Below are positions 39,490-51,149 of a stretch of DNA of 64,000 bases, one piece after another. Below the pieces are notes generated by a model, which was not told where the DNA came from, ran no database searches, and saw only the letters and a program-made list of their open reading frames with translations. Source of the DNA: Octopus bimaculoides (Eukaryota); the NCBI RefSeq assembly GCF_001194135.2, contig NC_068983.1, forward strand, positions 42,769,336-42,833,335, given 5' to 3'. The position numbers were made by a program, and so were the translations under genes. Position 1 is the first letter of the stretch. Each line of letters opens with the position of its first letter.

Positions 39490-40303
39490 TTTTTTTGTCT
39501 TGCAAGTTACTTGGTATCAGTAATGGTACCATGCAAAAAGTACCAGTGCTGGTGCCACATAAAAAGCACCCAATACACTCTGTAAAGTGGTTGGTATTTG
39601 GAAGGGCATCTAACTGTAGAAACTATGCTAAAACAGACAGCTGGAGCCTGGTGAAGCCCTTGACCTTACCAGCTCCTGTCAAACCGTCCAACCCATGCCA
39701 GCATGGAAATCCAACATTAAATGATGATTATATATGAATGAAATGCCTGTATGACAAAGTTTTAGATTCGTGCACATATATACTGCCTGGTGCAGCCTCC
39801 TGGCTTCCGAGACCCCAGGCAAACCGTCCAACCCATGCCAGCATAGAAAACGGACGTTAAACAATGACAATGAGTTTTGGTGTATGAGTGCATGTGTGTA
39901 TAAAATTGACGGTATGTTAAAGCTAGTTTTAAATGTGTGTAGCTGTATATACACACATTATATATAAAATAAATTATATATAAATGAAACATATATAACA
40001 AGTAAAAAGCACCATTCAAGCATGGGTCATTGCCCATGCCACCTGACTGGCTCCCATGCCAGTGGAACACAAGAAGCACCATTCAAGTGTGGTTGATGCC
40101 AGTGCCGCCTGACTGGCTCCTGTGCCAGTGGCACATAAAAAGCACCCACTACACTCTCGGAGTGGTTGGCATTAGGAAGGGCATCCAGCTGTAGAAACAT
40201 TGCCAGATCAGATCAGATTGGTACAGTCTTCTGGCTTGCCAGTTCCCAGTCAAACTGTCCTACCCATGCGAGCATGGAAGGCAGACATTAAACGATGATG
40301 ATG
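39490..40303 (+). mobile_element. Cluster of three family A copies/fragments
   Basis: 3' ends with ccaacccatg..agcat(g/a)gaa at ~39700, ~39845 and ~40275. Confidence 0.75.
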
Positions 40304-40485
40304 AACAAATATATACATAACTTAATACATATATACATGCATATAGTTAAATTCAGGATATTTTAAAGGTAGATTGGTGTGTGTGTGTATATATATATAA
40401 AGTTGACATTATGTCATAGCTAGTTTTAAATGTGTGCATACACAAACATGTCAATATACAAAACAATTTATATGTAAATGAAACA

Positions 40486-40822
40486 TGAGCGGTTGTGTGG
40501 TAAGAAGCTTGCTTCCAAACCACACAGTTCCAGGTTCAGTCCCACTGCATGGCACCTTGTGAAAATACTTCTACTAGAGCCTGAGGCTGACCAAAGACTT
40601 GTGAGTAGATTTGGCAGACAGTAACTGAAAGAAGCCTGTCATGTATGTATGTCCTCCAACCATTGCTTGGTGTGTTTACATCACCATAATTCAGCAGTTC
40701 AGCAAAAGAGACCGATACAATAAGTACTTGGCTTACAAAGAATAAGTCCTGAGGTTGATTTGTCCAACTAAAGGCAGTGCTCCATCATGGCAGCAGTCAA
40801 ATTACCAAAACTAATAAAAGAA
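40486..40822 (+). mobile_element. Family D SINE
   Basis: Head and tail present, microsatellite short. Confidence 0.82.
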
Positions 40823-41231
40823 TAACATACATACATACACACATACATACATAGTTAAATTGAGGATATTTTAAAGGTAGTTTGTGTGTATGTGTATATA
40901 AAACTGACGTTATGTGAAAGCTAGTTTTAAATGTGTGCCTTAACATACAAAACAAATATGTAAATGAAACATCTATATATAATTAAACACATATATATAC
41001 ATACATAATTTAACACATATGTATATACAGTTAGATTGAGAATATTTTAAAGGTAATGTTTGTGTGTGTGTATGTATGTATAAAATTGGGATTATATTAT
41101 AAAGCTAGTTTTAAATGTATGTATGTATATACACACACGCGAACACGTGTAAAATTATAAATGAAACATGGTGCCCCAGCATGACCGCAGCTTTAAAGCT
41201 GAAACAATTTAAAGAATATATAATTTTACAC

Positions 41232-41611
41232 ATTTTCTTTTATTTGTTTCAGTCATTTGGCTGCGGCCATGCTGGAACACCGATTTAGTCGAGTAAATCG
41301 ACCACAGGACTTAATCTTTCGGTCACTTGTTGCCGAACCGCTAAGTTACGGGGACGTAAACACACTAGCATCAGTTGTCAAGCGATGATAGGGGGAGGGC
41401 TACAGACAGAAACACACACACACACACATATATATATATAAATATATATATACTACAAGACTAGAAAAACAGCCAATCGATGAAGGGTCGTTCTTTTTAT
41501 CGTTTGTTTTGTTTTCCATTTGTGTCTTTCGTTCGAAAGAATAGTTCATGTTCCATGTACTCGTGCTTCGTACTTTGTTGTACACGTTTCATGACGTCCT
41601 GTGCCCACATA

Positions 41612-41672
<61 letters not shown>

Positions 41673-41915
41673 GTATAGATAGATGTAAGTATCTACATAT
41701 ACGTATGTATATGCATATATATACAAATTATTTATATTTTATATATATATATACATATTATTTATATTTCTGTCTACCAAATCCACTCATAAGGCTTTGG
41801 TCAGCCCGAGGCTATAGCAGAAGATACTTGACACTTGCCCAAGGTGTCACGCAGTGGGACTGAACCCGGAACCATGTGGTTGGTAGGTAAGCTACTTACC
41901 ACACACCCACTCCCG
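41232..41915 (-). mobile_element. Family D SINE with an expanded central region
   Basis: Tail at 41232-41430, head at 41765-41915. Confidence 0.78.
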
Positions 41916-42669
41916 CGCGTACATAACATACACACAGTTAATTGAGGATATTTTAAAGGTAGTTTTGGTGTTTGTGTGTGTAAAATTGAGGTTATGTAAA
42001 GCTAGTTTTAAATGCGTATACACACACACAAACAAACACGTGTCTGTGTGTGGGAGTTTGTAACCCATTACTCCAGTAGCAGTCGTTCACTCCACTGACA
42101 GCATCGACTGGGCGTCGTCATGTAAACGAATTTGTTACAACCCAGATTCATCTTGAAACACCTTCCAATTTGGTTTTGTACTTTACACTGTTTTAGTACA
42201 ACTACTATTGCTGCTGCCGTCGCTACTACTACCACAACCACCACCACCACCACCAACACCTCTGGTTGTACTTTTGATACTTTGATGCAACCATTGTTGC
42301 TAAGTTCACCGCCATCACTACTTTTATTATAGCTTCTACCAACACCTTTTCATTGTTACAGCTTGTTACATCTCAGTACCTTTTATCTACTGTTACTACT
42401 ATCACAACAAATACTACTCTATCACAGCTGTGAATACTACTGTTGCTGCTGCTAATAATGATAATGCCTTTTATTAATAGCCACAACTTTGATTATTACT
42501 TCCTTCACCATATCAACTTTATTCCACTCCTACTACAACGAGGCAACAAGGGAGCCTCTATGTGGTTCTTCAATTCCTAGAAATAGCAGCCAAATATCAT
42601 TTGAATCACACTTAAACCTTAAAAAAGAAAAAAAAAATGTTATTGTTTAAGCAGAGTTTTCCTGAAAAT

Positions 42670-43060
42670 ATAGGAACAGGCGCCATTGCAGCACACCACT
42701 GCATACACCATTTATCAATATCTGCTCAAGTCGTCCCAGGCAGCCCCACAAGAAGTTCCAGTCAGTTCCAGTCTCCGTAAAATATTTCCTCATCTGCTAT
42801 GACCACTAGGCACGTGGCCGACCAACACGAGCCATCACCCCAGCCAGATCCTCAGATATGAGAACATAGTATGCAGGACACAGCGCGGAACATCAAGCAA
42901 CATCACCAAACAGCCTAAGCTGATACCCCCGAATCGTACAGGACGCATCCCAGGTTCTTAGTACAGTCATGGGATGGATACAAAATCTGACCAATGATAG
43001 TCCATAATCTTGCAAAGTATCCAAGTACCGAAGGAGTTCAGGTGACTCCAAGCAAAATAA
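42670..43060 (-). pseudogene. RTE-clade LINE ORF2 3' end, decayed
   Basis: LNSFGTWILCKIMDYHWSDFVS...RLFGDVA*...RVGRPRA*WS*QM (cf. LrrI.g..W.D.vsN...LR.fGHVAR...GRPR..W). Confidence 0.75.
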
Positions 43061-43082
43061 TAAACCCCGGGAATATTAAACA

Positions 43083-43238
43083 GGAGTGGCTGTGTGGTAG
43101 GAAGCTTGCTTCCCAACCACATGGCTCCAGGTTCAGTCCTACTGCATGGTACTTTGGGCAAGTGTCTGCTACTATAGCCTCGGGCCAACCAAAGCCTTGT
43201 GAGTGGATGTGGTAGACGGAAACTGAAAGAAGCCCGTC

Positions 43239-43280
<42 letters not shown>

Positions 43281-43735
43281 TTATATAAGTCAGTAAATAG
43301 TGGGGTTATGCATATATATTTATATATATGCATATATGGGTACAGGACGTCACTAACGGTGCAAATAACATGAAATATGTAAATAACGAGAAGAAAATGG
43401 AAAACAGGACAAGTAAACATCACTTGTCGGTTGTCTGTCTACTCATTTCGAGTATTCAACATATATATATATATAAGTACATATCTTATATTGTATGTAT
43501 ATATTTTATTAATTTGTCTGTACGGCTGATATTAGCTTGCTACTTGTGTTGGTATTTTAATAATACCATGTCCACATATACATATATATATATATAGACA
43601 GTAGTACCTCGGTTTTCGAACACTTTTCATCATGAATAAATCGTGCTTTATCTCTTGTCTTTCTCATATTCATTTAATACAGTAGTACCTTGCTTTATGA
43701 ACGCCTCTGATCACGAATAAATCGTGCATTTTATA

Positions 43736-43767
<32 letters not shown>

Positions 43768-44150
43768 CACACATATAAGTACATACATATATACACACAT
43801 ATACATACATATATATATATACACATACACACACACATATATATATATATACATACACACACACATAAAGCACAATTTACTCATGAGCAGAGGTGTTCGA
43901 AAACTGAGGTACAACAGTATATGTATTTGTGTGTGTGTGTGTGTGTATTTCCCCCCACACACACGCACACACAATCACTTAACACTGATGTTGATGTATT
44001 TTATGTCCCCGTAGCTTAGCAGTTCGTCAAAAGAGAACAATAGAACGAGTATTAGGCTTACAAAGAATAAGTCCTGGGGGGGCAATTACTTTGACAAAAG
44101 GTGGTGCTCCGGCATGGCCACAGTCAAATAACAAACAAGTAAAAGAATGA
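43083..44150 (+). mobile_element. Family D SINE with ~690 bp of inserted/expanded central sequence
   Basis: Head 43083-43240, tail 43930-44150. Confidence 0.78.
43599..43917. mobile_element. pogo/Tigger-like MITE nested in a family D SINE
   Basis: TIR cagtagtacctcggttttcgaacac / gtgttcgaaaactgaggtacaacag (22/25), TA at 43918-19; a second internal left end at ~43679. Confidence 0.7.
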
Positions 44151-44270
44151 CATAGCCCAGACATGGTTACATGGAGAACTAAAAGCAAAACCATTTTAAT
44201 GCCACTTTTGCATACAAAGGACATGTAGCATGTCAAGGAGGCTGGATACACTTTTGCAATGGACCGAGAG

Positions 44271-44422
44271 GTGTCCTCATCTTGTTTGTTGTTATCCCAA
44301 TATTTCGGCTGGTGTATTCTCCAGCCTTCATCAGGTGTTCTGGTGGAATTTTGAACCCAACCCCTTTATTTGACTACACTGTTCTCATTCCTCAGGTACG
44401 TTGCTGATGTTATTTTTCTGTT
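44271..44422 (-). ncRNA. Inverted copy of the hammerhead-bearing element body
   Basis: Minus strand GAACAC-CUGAUGA-A-GGCUGG(agaauaca)CCAGCC-GAAA-UAUU-GGGAU; core at 44334-44299. Confidence 0.65.
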
Positions 44423-44429
44423 GATATTC

Positions 44430-44690
44430 TTTCAGTGGATAAGAGCACAGGCTACTAACCCTCAGATTCTAAGTTTAATCCCAGGCAGGGACCTGAAAAA
44501 ATAATAACAGAAAAATAACACCAGCAACATACCTTAGGAATGAGAACAATGTACTCCATTAGTCAAATAAAGGGTTGGGTTCGAAATTCCACCAGAACAC
44601 CTGATGAAGGCTGGAGAATACATCAGCCGAAACATTATGATAACAGCAAACAAGATGAGAACACCTATCCATCTATTGTAAATAATGAAT
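44430..44690 (+). mobile_element. tRNA-headed, hammerhead-containing non-autonomous retroelement (retrozyme/Sm-alpha-like)
   Basis: tcagtggataagagc...gtttaatcc (A/B-box-like, 44432-44481), an A-rich linker, then ACAC-CTGATGA-A-GGCTGG(agaataca)TCAGCC-GAAA-CATT at 44597-44636. Confidence 0.65.
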
Positions 44691-45211
44691 TTGAAAGGAT
44701 GAAAGGCAAAGTTAACCCTGGCAGAATTTGAACTCCAAATGTAAAGGCAGGTAGAATGCTGCTAAGCATTTTGCTCAGTGTGCTAACGATTCTGCCAGCT
44801 CATCATTTTACAGATTGTTAATATATAGATATCAATACATGAACGACAAAAGAGATACATGGTCACATTTAATATGCTAAAGCCGTTTGTGCTATAAATA
44901 GTTGTGCAACCAGAGTTGAGATACAGTGCAAAAACTACAAAAGCTTCTTCAGAGCCATTCTGCATATACATTTGCATAAACAGAAAGATTTAAAGAACCT
45001 CACAATATGACCTAATTAACATCACTAATTTAAGTGACCTAGTTAACAGTGTAGGTGGATGCTCTGAAAGAATAGTAGCTAAATAAGTAGAGATGGAAAA
45101 ATTTTAGGGAGGGAGTTATTACCTCTAGTGGTAACAATGGGATTTTTTTCCAAACAAAGAGTAGATTGTATGGCACTTGTGTATAAACTGTTGAATAGGT
45201 TGATAGGCGCA

Positions 45212-45602
45212 TGAGTGGCTGTGTGGTAAGTAGCTTGCTTACCAACCACATGGTTCTGGGTTCAGTCCCACTACGTGGCACCTTGGGCAAGTGTCTTCTA
45301 CTATAGCTTCGGGCCGACCAAAGCCTTGTGAGTGCATTTGGTAGACAGAAACTGAAAGAAGCTCATCGTATATATATATATATATATATATATAGTTAAA
45401 AAANNNNNNNNNNGTTTGTCCCCCAACATCGCTTGACAACCGATGCTGGTGTATTTACGTCCCCCGTAACTTAGTGGTTCGGCAAAAGAGACCGATAGAA
45501 TAAGTACTAGGCTTCCAAAGAATAAGTCCTGGGGTCGATTTGCTCGACTAAAGGCGGTGCTCCAGCATGGCCGCAGTCAAATGACTGAAACAAGTAAAAG
45601 AG
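45212..45602 (+). mobile_element. Family D SINE, full length, with a gap in the microsatellite
   Basis: Intact head and tail; N run at 45404-45413. Confidence 0.9.
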
Positions 45603-46597
45603 AAAGAGTAAAGAGGTGTAAAATGTGGAGACTGAATATAGAGAATGAGAAGAGGTTGGAAAACAAAAACATAGAGGGGCGTAGTCGATGGTGGATATAT
45701 AAAGTTAGTGTGCTAGAAGAAATAAAGAGAAATCTGGAAAGAAGAGAAATGAGAGGAGACTGCACTGGTACAAATGTGAAAATGATGACATGTATGTTAT
45801 ATGGAGATGTGGCTGTGCTGTTAGGAAGCTTGCTTCCCTACCAAGTGGCCTCAGGTACTTCCCCATTGTGCAGTACCTTGGGTAATGCCTTCTACTGGAG
45901 CCTTGTGAGTGGATTCGGTAAAGGGAAACTGAATGAAGCCCATTGTGTGAGTGCGAGCATGGTATATCATCGCCATGACATCATGTGATGGTTGTAAATG
46001 AGTTTCACTGTCGAACAAGCAATGATGTTTGTTTCCAGTGTTCCGTGAAAAACAGGTCTGACTACATGGAAATATTACTTTTCTTGGAAACAAATGAGAG
46101 TTGGTGACAGGGAGGGCACTGGCTGCAGAAAATCTACCTCAACAAATTTTCTCTGACCCATGCCAGTATAGAAAAGTGCACATTAAATAAGTACAGAAGC
46201 GAAAAATTATGCGACATGGAATTCAATTATAAGTGGCCTATACTCCGCATTGGAGTGTTAAAGGCAAGAAAGAAGAAAGAATATAATATGGAGGTAAACC
46301 ATGATAGTCAGTGCACCGGTGTTTTCATGCGTGCTCAATACAATGACAGGGTGTGGTGCATTGCTTTGTGTAATGTTTATCTCGGTCAAATGGCCAGCAA
46401 TACAGGAAATATTCCATTTAGGCAAGTCTAGTTCATTTTTATCGCATTATGCGCTGTGCTTGCAAAGATTTAAATTTTAACTATTTATATCATATCAAAT
46501 ACACATTTAGTGTGGGTATGTATAGACATATACACACAAAGTTTTTAGGAAGTTAATATATACATATGATGATGATGTTGATTATATATACATAAAG

Positions 46598-47075
46598 GTT
46601 GTCTCAGGACAATCTGCAGTTATTCACTAAAAGACAGTCTAATGTCGACCTTGAAAAACAAGTGTAAGATTGGTGGAATTGAGAGCTTCATTATGCAGTT
46701 ACAATTGCAATGGGGTGACCATGTCATCAGAATGAGTAACAAAAGAATACCCAAAGTCCTCGTGTACAGCCAGCTTGATAGTGGGCACAGGAATGTTGGC
46801 CAACCATGCCTCAGATATAAAGGCCTCTCAGTAGTCAACATAGTTCGCAACACCTTTGAGCAAACAGCATGTGGCGAACAAAATGGAGATTGTTGTGCCA
46901 AAATGGCATAAGAGACTGTTTCGACCTGCATTAACAGGGTAAAGGGTGCAAAGCAAAGGAGAAAAGTGATTGCAAATATATTACCTATGCTGACCTTAAT
47001 CCTAACACTTACAATATGCACGAGTTTTGCAAATCACTGGCAGGACTCAAATATCACATTCAACAGATACATTAT
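46598..47075 (+). pseudogene. RTE-clade LINE ORF2 C-terminal fragment
   Basis: IESFIMQLQLQWGDHVIRMSNKRIPKVLVYSQLDSGHRNVGQPCLRYK (cf. QLRWaGHV.RM...RiPK.llYgeL..G.R..G.P.lRyK) and a downstream CKSLAGLKYHIQQIH zinc-finger remnant. Confidence 0.82.
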
Positions 47076-47528
47076 GCCTGACAAAGAAAGTATAGGTTGT
47101 CAGATCTTCATACTTTGAAACTGATGGGAGAGTCCATTATATAGGTGCAGGAGTGGTCGTGTGGTAAGAAGCTTGCTTCCCAACCACATGGTTCTGGGTT
47201 CAGCCCCACTGCGTGGCATCTTAGGTAAGTGTCTTCTACTATAGCCTCAGGCCAGCCAAAGCCTTGTGAGTGGATTTGGTAGACAGAAATTGAAACAAGC
47301 TCATTGTATATAATGAGCCCATTTATGAATACCCCTCATTCATTGAACAATAAACCTTGCTTGTTAAGACCTATTGAGGCAAGTGAAATGAAAATCAAAA
47401 TTGCTGACATGGCCGACAACAGTAGTACCTGATTGGCACTCATGCCAGTGGAACGTTAAAAGCACATCCGAACGTAGGGTGTAACCGGCCCACTTATGAG
47501 TACCTCTCATCCATTGGACAATGGAAAG

Positions 47529-47709
47529 GAACTCGGCCACTTTACCTCAGTGAGGCCCAACGCTCAAAAACGAACTCGGCCACTTTACCTCAGTGAGGCC
47601 CAACGCTCAAAACGAACTCAGCCACTTTGCCTCCATGAGGCCCAACGCTCAAAAGGAACTAAGCCACTTTGCCTCAGTGAGGCCTAATGCTCAAAAGGAA
47701 CTCAGCCAC
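47529..47709 (+). repeat. 42-bp minisatellite, ~4.3 units
   Basis: Unit gaactcggccactttacctcagtgaggcccaacgctcaaaac starts at 47529, 47572, 47614, 47656, 47698. Confidence 0.92.
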
Positions 47710-48467
47710 ACACACACATATATATAGGTTTGGTGATGAAAACAGGAAATAGAGTTCAAAACATGAGTATTCATATATTTTTTATTAAAAATCAGCAAAA
47801 GCTAAGAGTTACATGCATTGGTGCTTAAAGTGTCAACACATGAAACTTGCAGCCCTCGAGTCATTCTAATTTTAGCCAGCTATTAACACACACACACAAA
47901 CACACAAGACATATACACATGCAGAGAGAGACAGACATGCAGGTAGGCAGGCAGTAATAATACAGGCAGGCACAGACGCAAATACATAAACTGACCCACA
48001 CACACATATTCACAAACATACATGCAAACAGTCCTAAAGAAACTAAACAGGCATTAGTAAAAAAAAAAAAAACTAATCATGTTAGCAAGATAGACACTAA
48101 AATTAACAGCCTTCCCTCCATTAGTGTCTGGTCAATGACATTCCATTTTAAAACTACTGCTGGGTCATCGAGACAAATATCTCTACCTTAAATCACTACA
48201 GATTTATTAACGAAGGACTGCAGATAGTTTTCAACTGGGCAGTTGCATGAAAGCAGATTGAAAGACTGGGTGGCTGGGGAGGATCACGCATTTAATAATA
48301 TAATAGCAGAAAAACTTGAAGGGGAGCTTTCGTATTCGTTAGTTTGTTGGGGTTTTTTTTTTGTTTTCAATTTTGAACACTCTACTAGAGGGAGTTTTTT
48401 CTACTAATTACTATGATAACCAGTTGGTTAAAAAAAATTCTTATTTCATTATATTATACATGAGACG

Positions 48468-48980
48468 AGGCGTGGCTGTGTGGTTAAGAAGTTTGCTTCC
48501 CAACCATACGGCTCCTGGTTCAGTCCCACTGTGTAGAACCCTGGGCAGGTGTCTTCTCTAACAGCCCCAAGTCAATCAAAGCCTTGTGAGTAAATCTGAT
48601 AAAGAGTAATTGAAGGAAACCTAACGTAGGCACAGGTGTGGCTGTGTGGTAAGAAGTTTGCTTTCCAACCAAATAGGTTCCAGGTTCAGTCCCACTGTGT
48701 GGTACCTTGGACAAGTGTCTTCTACTATAGACTCAGGCCAACCCAAGCCTTGTCAGGGGATTTGATAGATAGAAACTGAAAGAAGCCCATCGTATGTATG
48801 TATATCTGTGTTTGTTCCCCACCACTGCTTGACAACTGGTTCTGGTGTGTTTATGTCCCCCGTAACTTAACGGTTCAGCAAAAGGGATCAATAAATTAAG
48901 TACCAGGCTTAAAAAAAGATATATAAGTACTGGCATTGATTTGACTAAAAATTCTTCAAGGTAGTGCAACAGCATGGCCA
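48468..48980 (+). mobile_element. Family D head-only copy followed by a near-complete copy
   Basis: Heads at 48468 and 48640. Confidence 0.8.
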
Positions 48981-49767
48981 CACAATCATAAAATGAGCAA
49001 ATCCATCATAGAAGCAGTGATCTTCATTTCTCATCTTCTATAAAAACATGTCTGGCTATGGGGAAATATTACCTTCGTTGGGAACAGGTGAGGACTGATG
49101 ACAAGAAGGACATCCAGCCATAGAAAATCTGCCTCAATGAATTCCATCTAACCCATGCAGGCATGGTAAAGGGGATGTTAAAACAATTCTAATTTTGAAA
49201 GGGATGGGGTAAGTTAATTACACTTGGCTGGTACTTTATTTCATTTACCCTGAAAGACTGGAAAGCAAAGTTGACCTCAGCACAATTTGAACTCGGATCA
49301 AACTGGTAAAAAATACAGCTAAGCATTTTGTTTCACACTTAGATGGTAACATTCTCTATAAAAAAAGGAATACTTCTGTCCATTTAATTGGATATCATAC
49401 AAGCTGTGACCTTTCCCTTGTATTGATATAAATCAAATAGTCCCCCTATCAGATTTTTATTCCTCAGTGGAGGGGGTCTTCTCTTGTGGGTACTTGGCAA
49501 CCTCACTAGTACTGGTACCAATGTAAAAAAAAACACAGTACATTGGGCATCCAGCTGGAGAAATCATGCCAAAACTGGAATAGACCCTGGCAAAAAAACC
49601 TCTGGCTTGTTTCTTGTTATCAAGCAAACCAACCCATGCCAACATAGGAAAACAGGATGTTAAACTATGATGATGATGTGAGGAGACATCCTCTTGCTTT
49701 TTGACACACAAATGATGATGATGATGATCAATAACTTAGAATGTGTTCACATTCTAATTCAACTCAC

Positions 49768-49928
49768 AGTGAGATTTTGTAATATGAAAATTTCAGTTCT
49801 TCTGATTTATGCTGTTGTGAATAAAATATATACTGTTTAATTAAGTAATGAGCCATCAAAAGCACAAATATGCAAATCAGGCCACCCACTACTATTGTAG
49901 CTAAATTTATGATTACTTTATATAGCAG
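49768..49928 (-). CDS. Candidate internal exon encoding a hydrophobic (TM-like) segment
   Basis: Pyrimidine tract plus AG cluster (tcttccttccccaatctatagcatagatcag), open frame LLYKVIINLATIVVGGLICIFVLLMAHYLIKQ..., donor CT|GTGAGT; no homology recognised. Confidence 0.28.
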
Positions 49929-50321
49929 CTGATCTATGCTATAGATTGGGGAAGGAAGACGGGTTTGTCTTCTCTGAGGATTGGTCAACAAACAATAAAA
50001 CAGCCTGCCAGGGGCCTCTGAAGAAACACGAGTCAACATATCAATAGCATATTTTATTTAACCCACAGTGAGGATTCTATTTTGCGCATGTGTGTGTATA
50101 TAAATAGATAGAGAGAGATTCCCCATATGCGCCACAGTTAAAGATGAGCATATTCTCCCTCCTGAACCATCTTTAAGCATGGATACACCTGTCTTTCCTC
50201 CCTCTAAATCCCCCCCCCCCAATAGAACAACATTACTATATGGCTACTTACCCCTCGACCACTTATATTTTTTTCCCTCTCATCCACTCTTCCTCTTTCT
50301 CATCCCACTATGCTTTTCCCA

Positions 50322-50360
50322 TTTTTCTGATGAAGGGCTAATGTCCAAAACATGAAGACT
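50322..50360 (+). ncRNA. Decayed minimal hammerhead motif in a PLE-like 3' remnant
   Basis: ttttt-CTGATGA-A-GGGC(taat)GTCC-AAAA-CATG-aaga; the GAAA box is mutated to AAAA. Confidence 0.4.
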
Positions 50361-51149
50361 TTTTCCCCACTACTTTTAAGCATTAAGGTAAAACTTGTCC
50401 TGCCTGTTCTGTCTTTTTGCTTTTTATTGTTCATTGTGTTTAAATAGTTAGACAGATAGATACACAGTTTGTGTACAATAGACAGTTTTTATGCATTGAT
50501 AAATGTTAATACAATTCTTACACATTGCTAATGTTAATATATAAACAGTTGTATGTCATGGAAAATCCATTGTTGATCAGTTCATTGTAGGAAATACTAT
50601 TTTGTAGAGTGAACTCTTTGAAGATGCATGGCTTGGTGGTTAGGGTAGTTGGTTTACGAACATGAGGTCAGGAGATCAATTCCTGGCAGCACATTGTGCC
50701 CTTGAGCAAGGCATTTTATTTCACATTGCTTCAGTCCACTCAGCCAGCAGAAATGTGATGTACTTGTAATACAAAAAGAACCAGCCCTGTCGTATTCTGT
50801 GTCATGCAGAATCTCCCTGAGAACTACGTTAAAGTTATGCATGTCTGTGGAGTGCTCAGCCACTTGCATGCGGTTTTGTTGATCAGATCAACTGGAACAC
50901 TCGTTGTCATATCAAGCAGAATGCCAGAAGTAAAATTTATTAATATTGATTTAACTGGGACTAATCACTCTTTCATGTTGGCATGGACTGAACAGTTCAA
51001 CAGAAGCCAACAAGCCAGACGACTGCATCAAGCTCCGAGACATCTGGCTGAAGGAGCCATGCCAAAACATGGCTCCTACAGCTAGATGCCCTTCCTAATG
51101 CCAACCACTTTGCAAAGTGCACTAGCTGCTTTTTACATGGCACTAAAAG

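Larger units (their letters stand above)
39880..42030 (+). repeat. Local array of five ~150-bp units interleaved with SINEs
   Basis: gttaaattgaggatattttaaaggtag...aaagctagttttaaatg...aaatgaaacat at ~39880 (partial), 40340, 40850, 41025, 41930. Confidence 0.8.

Noticed and set aside
47529-47709. CRISPR-like array (regular repeats with a palindrome)
   Set aside because: Units are directly adjacent with no unique spacers, derive from a eukaryotic retroposon, and no cas genes are present.
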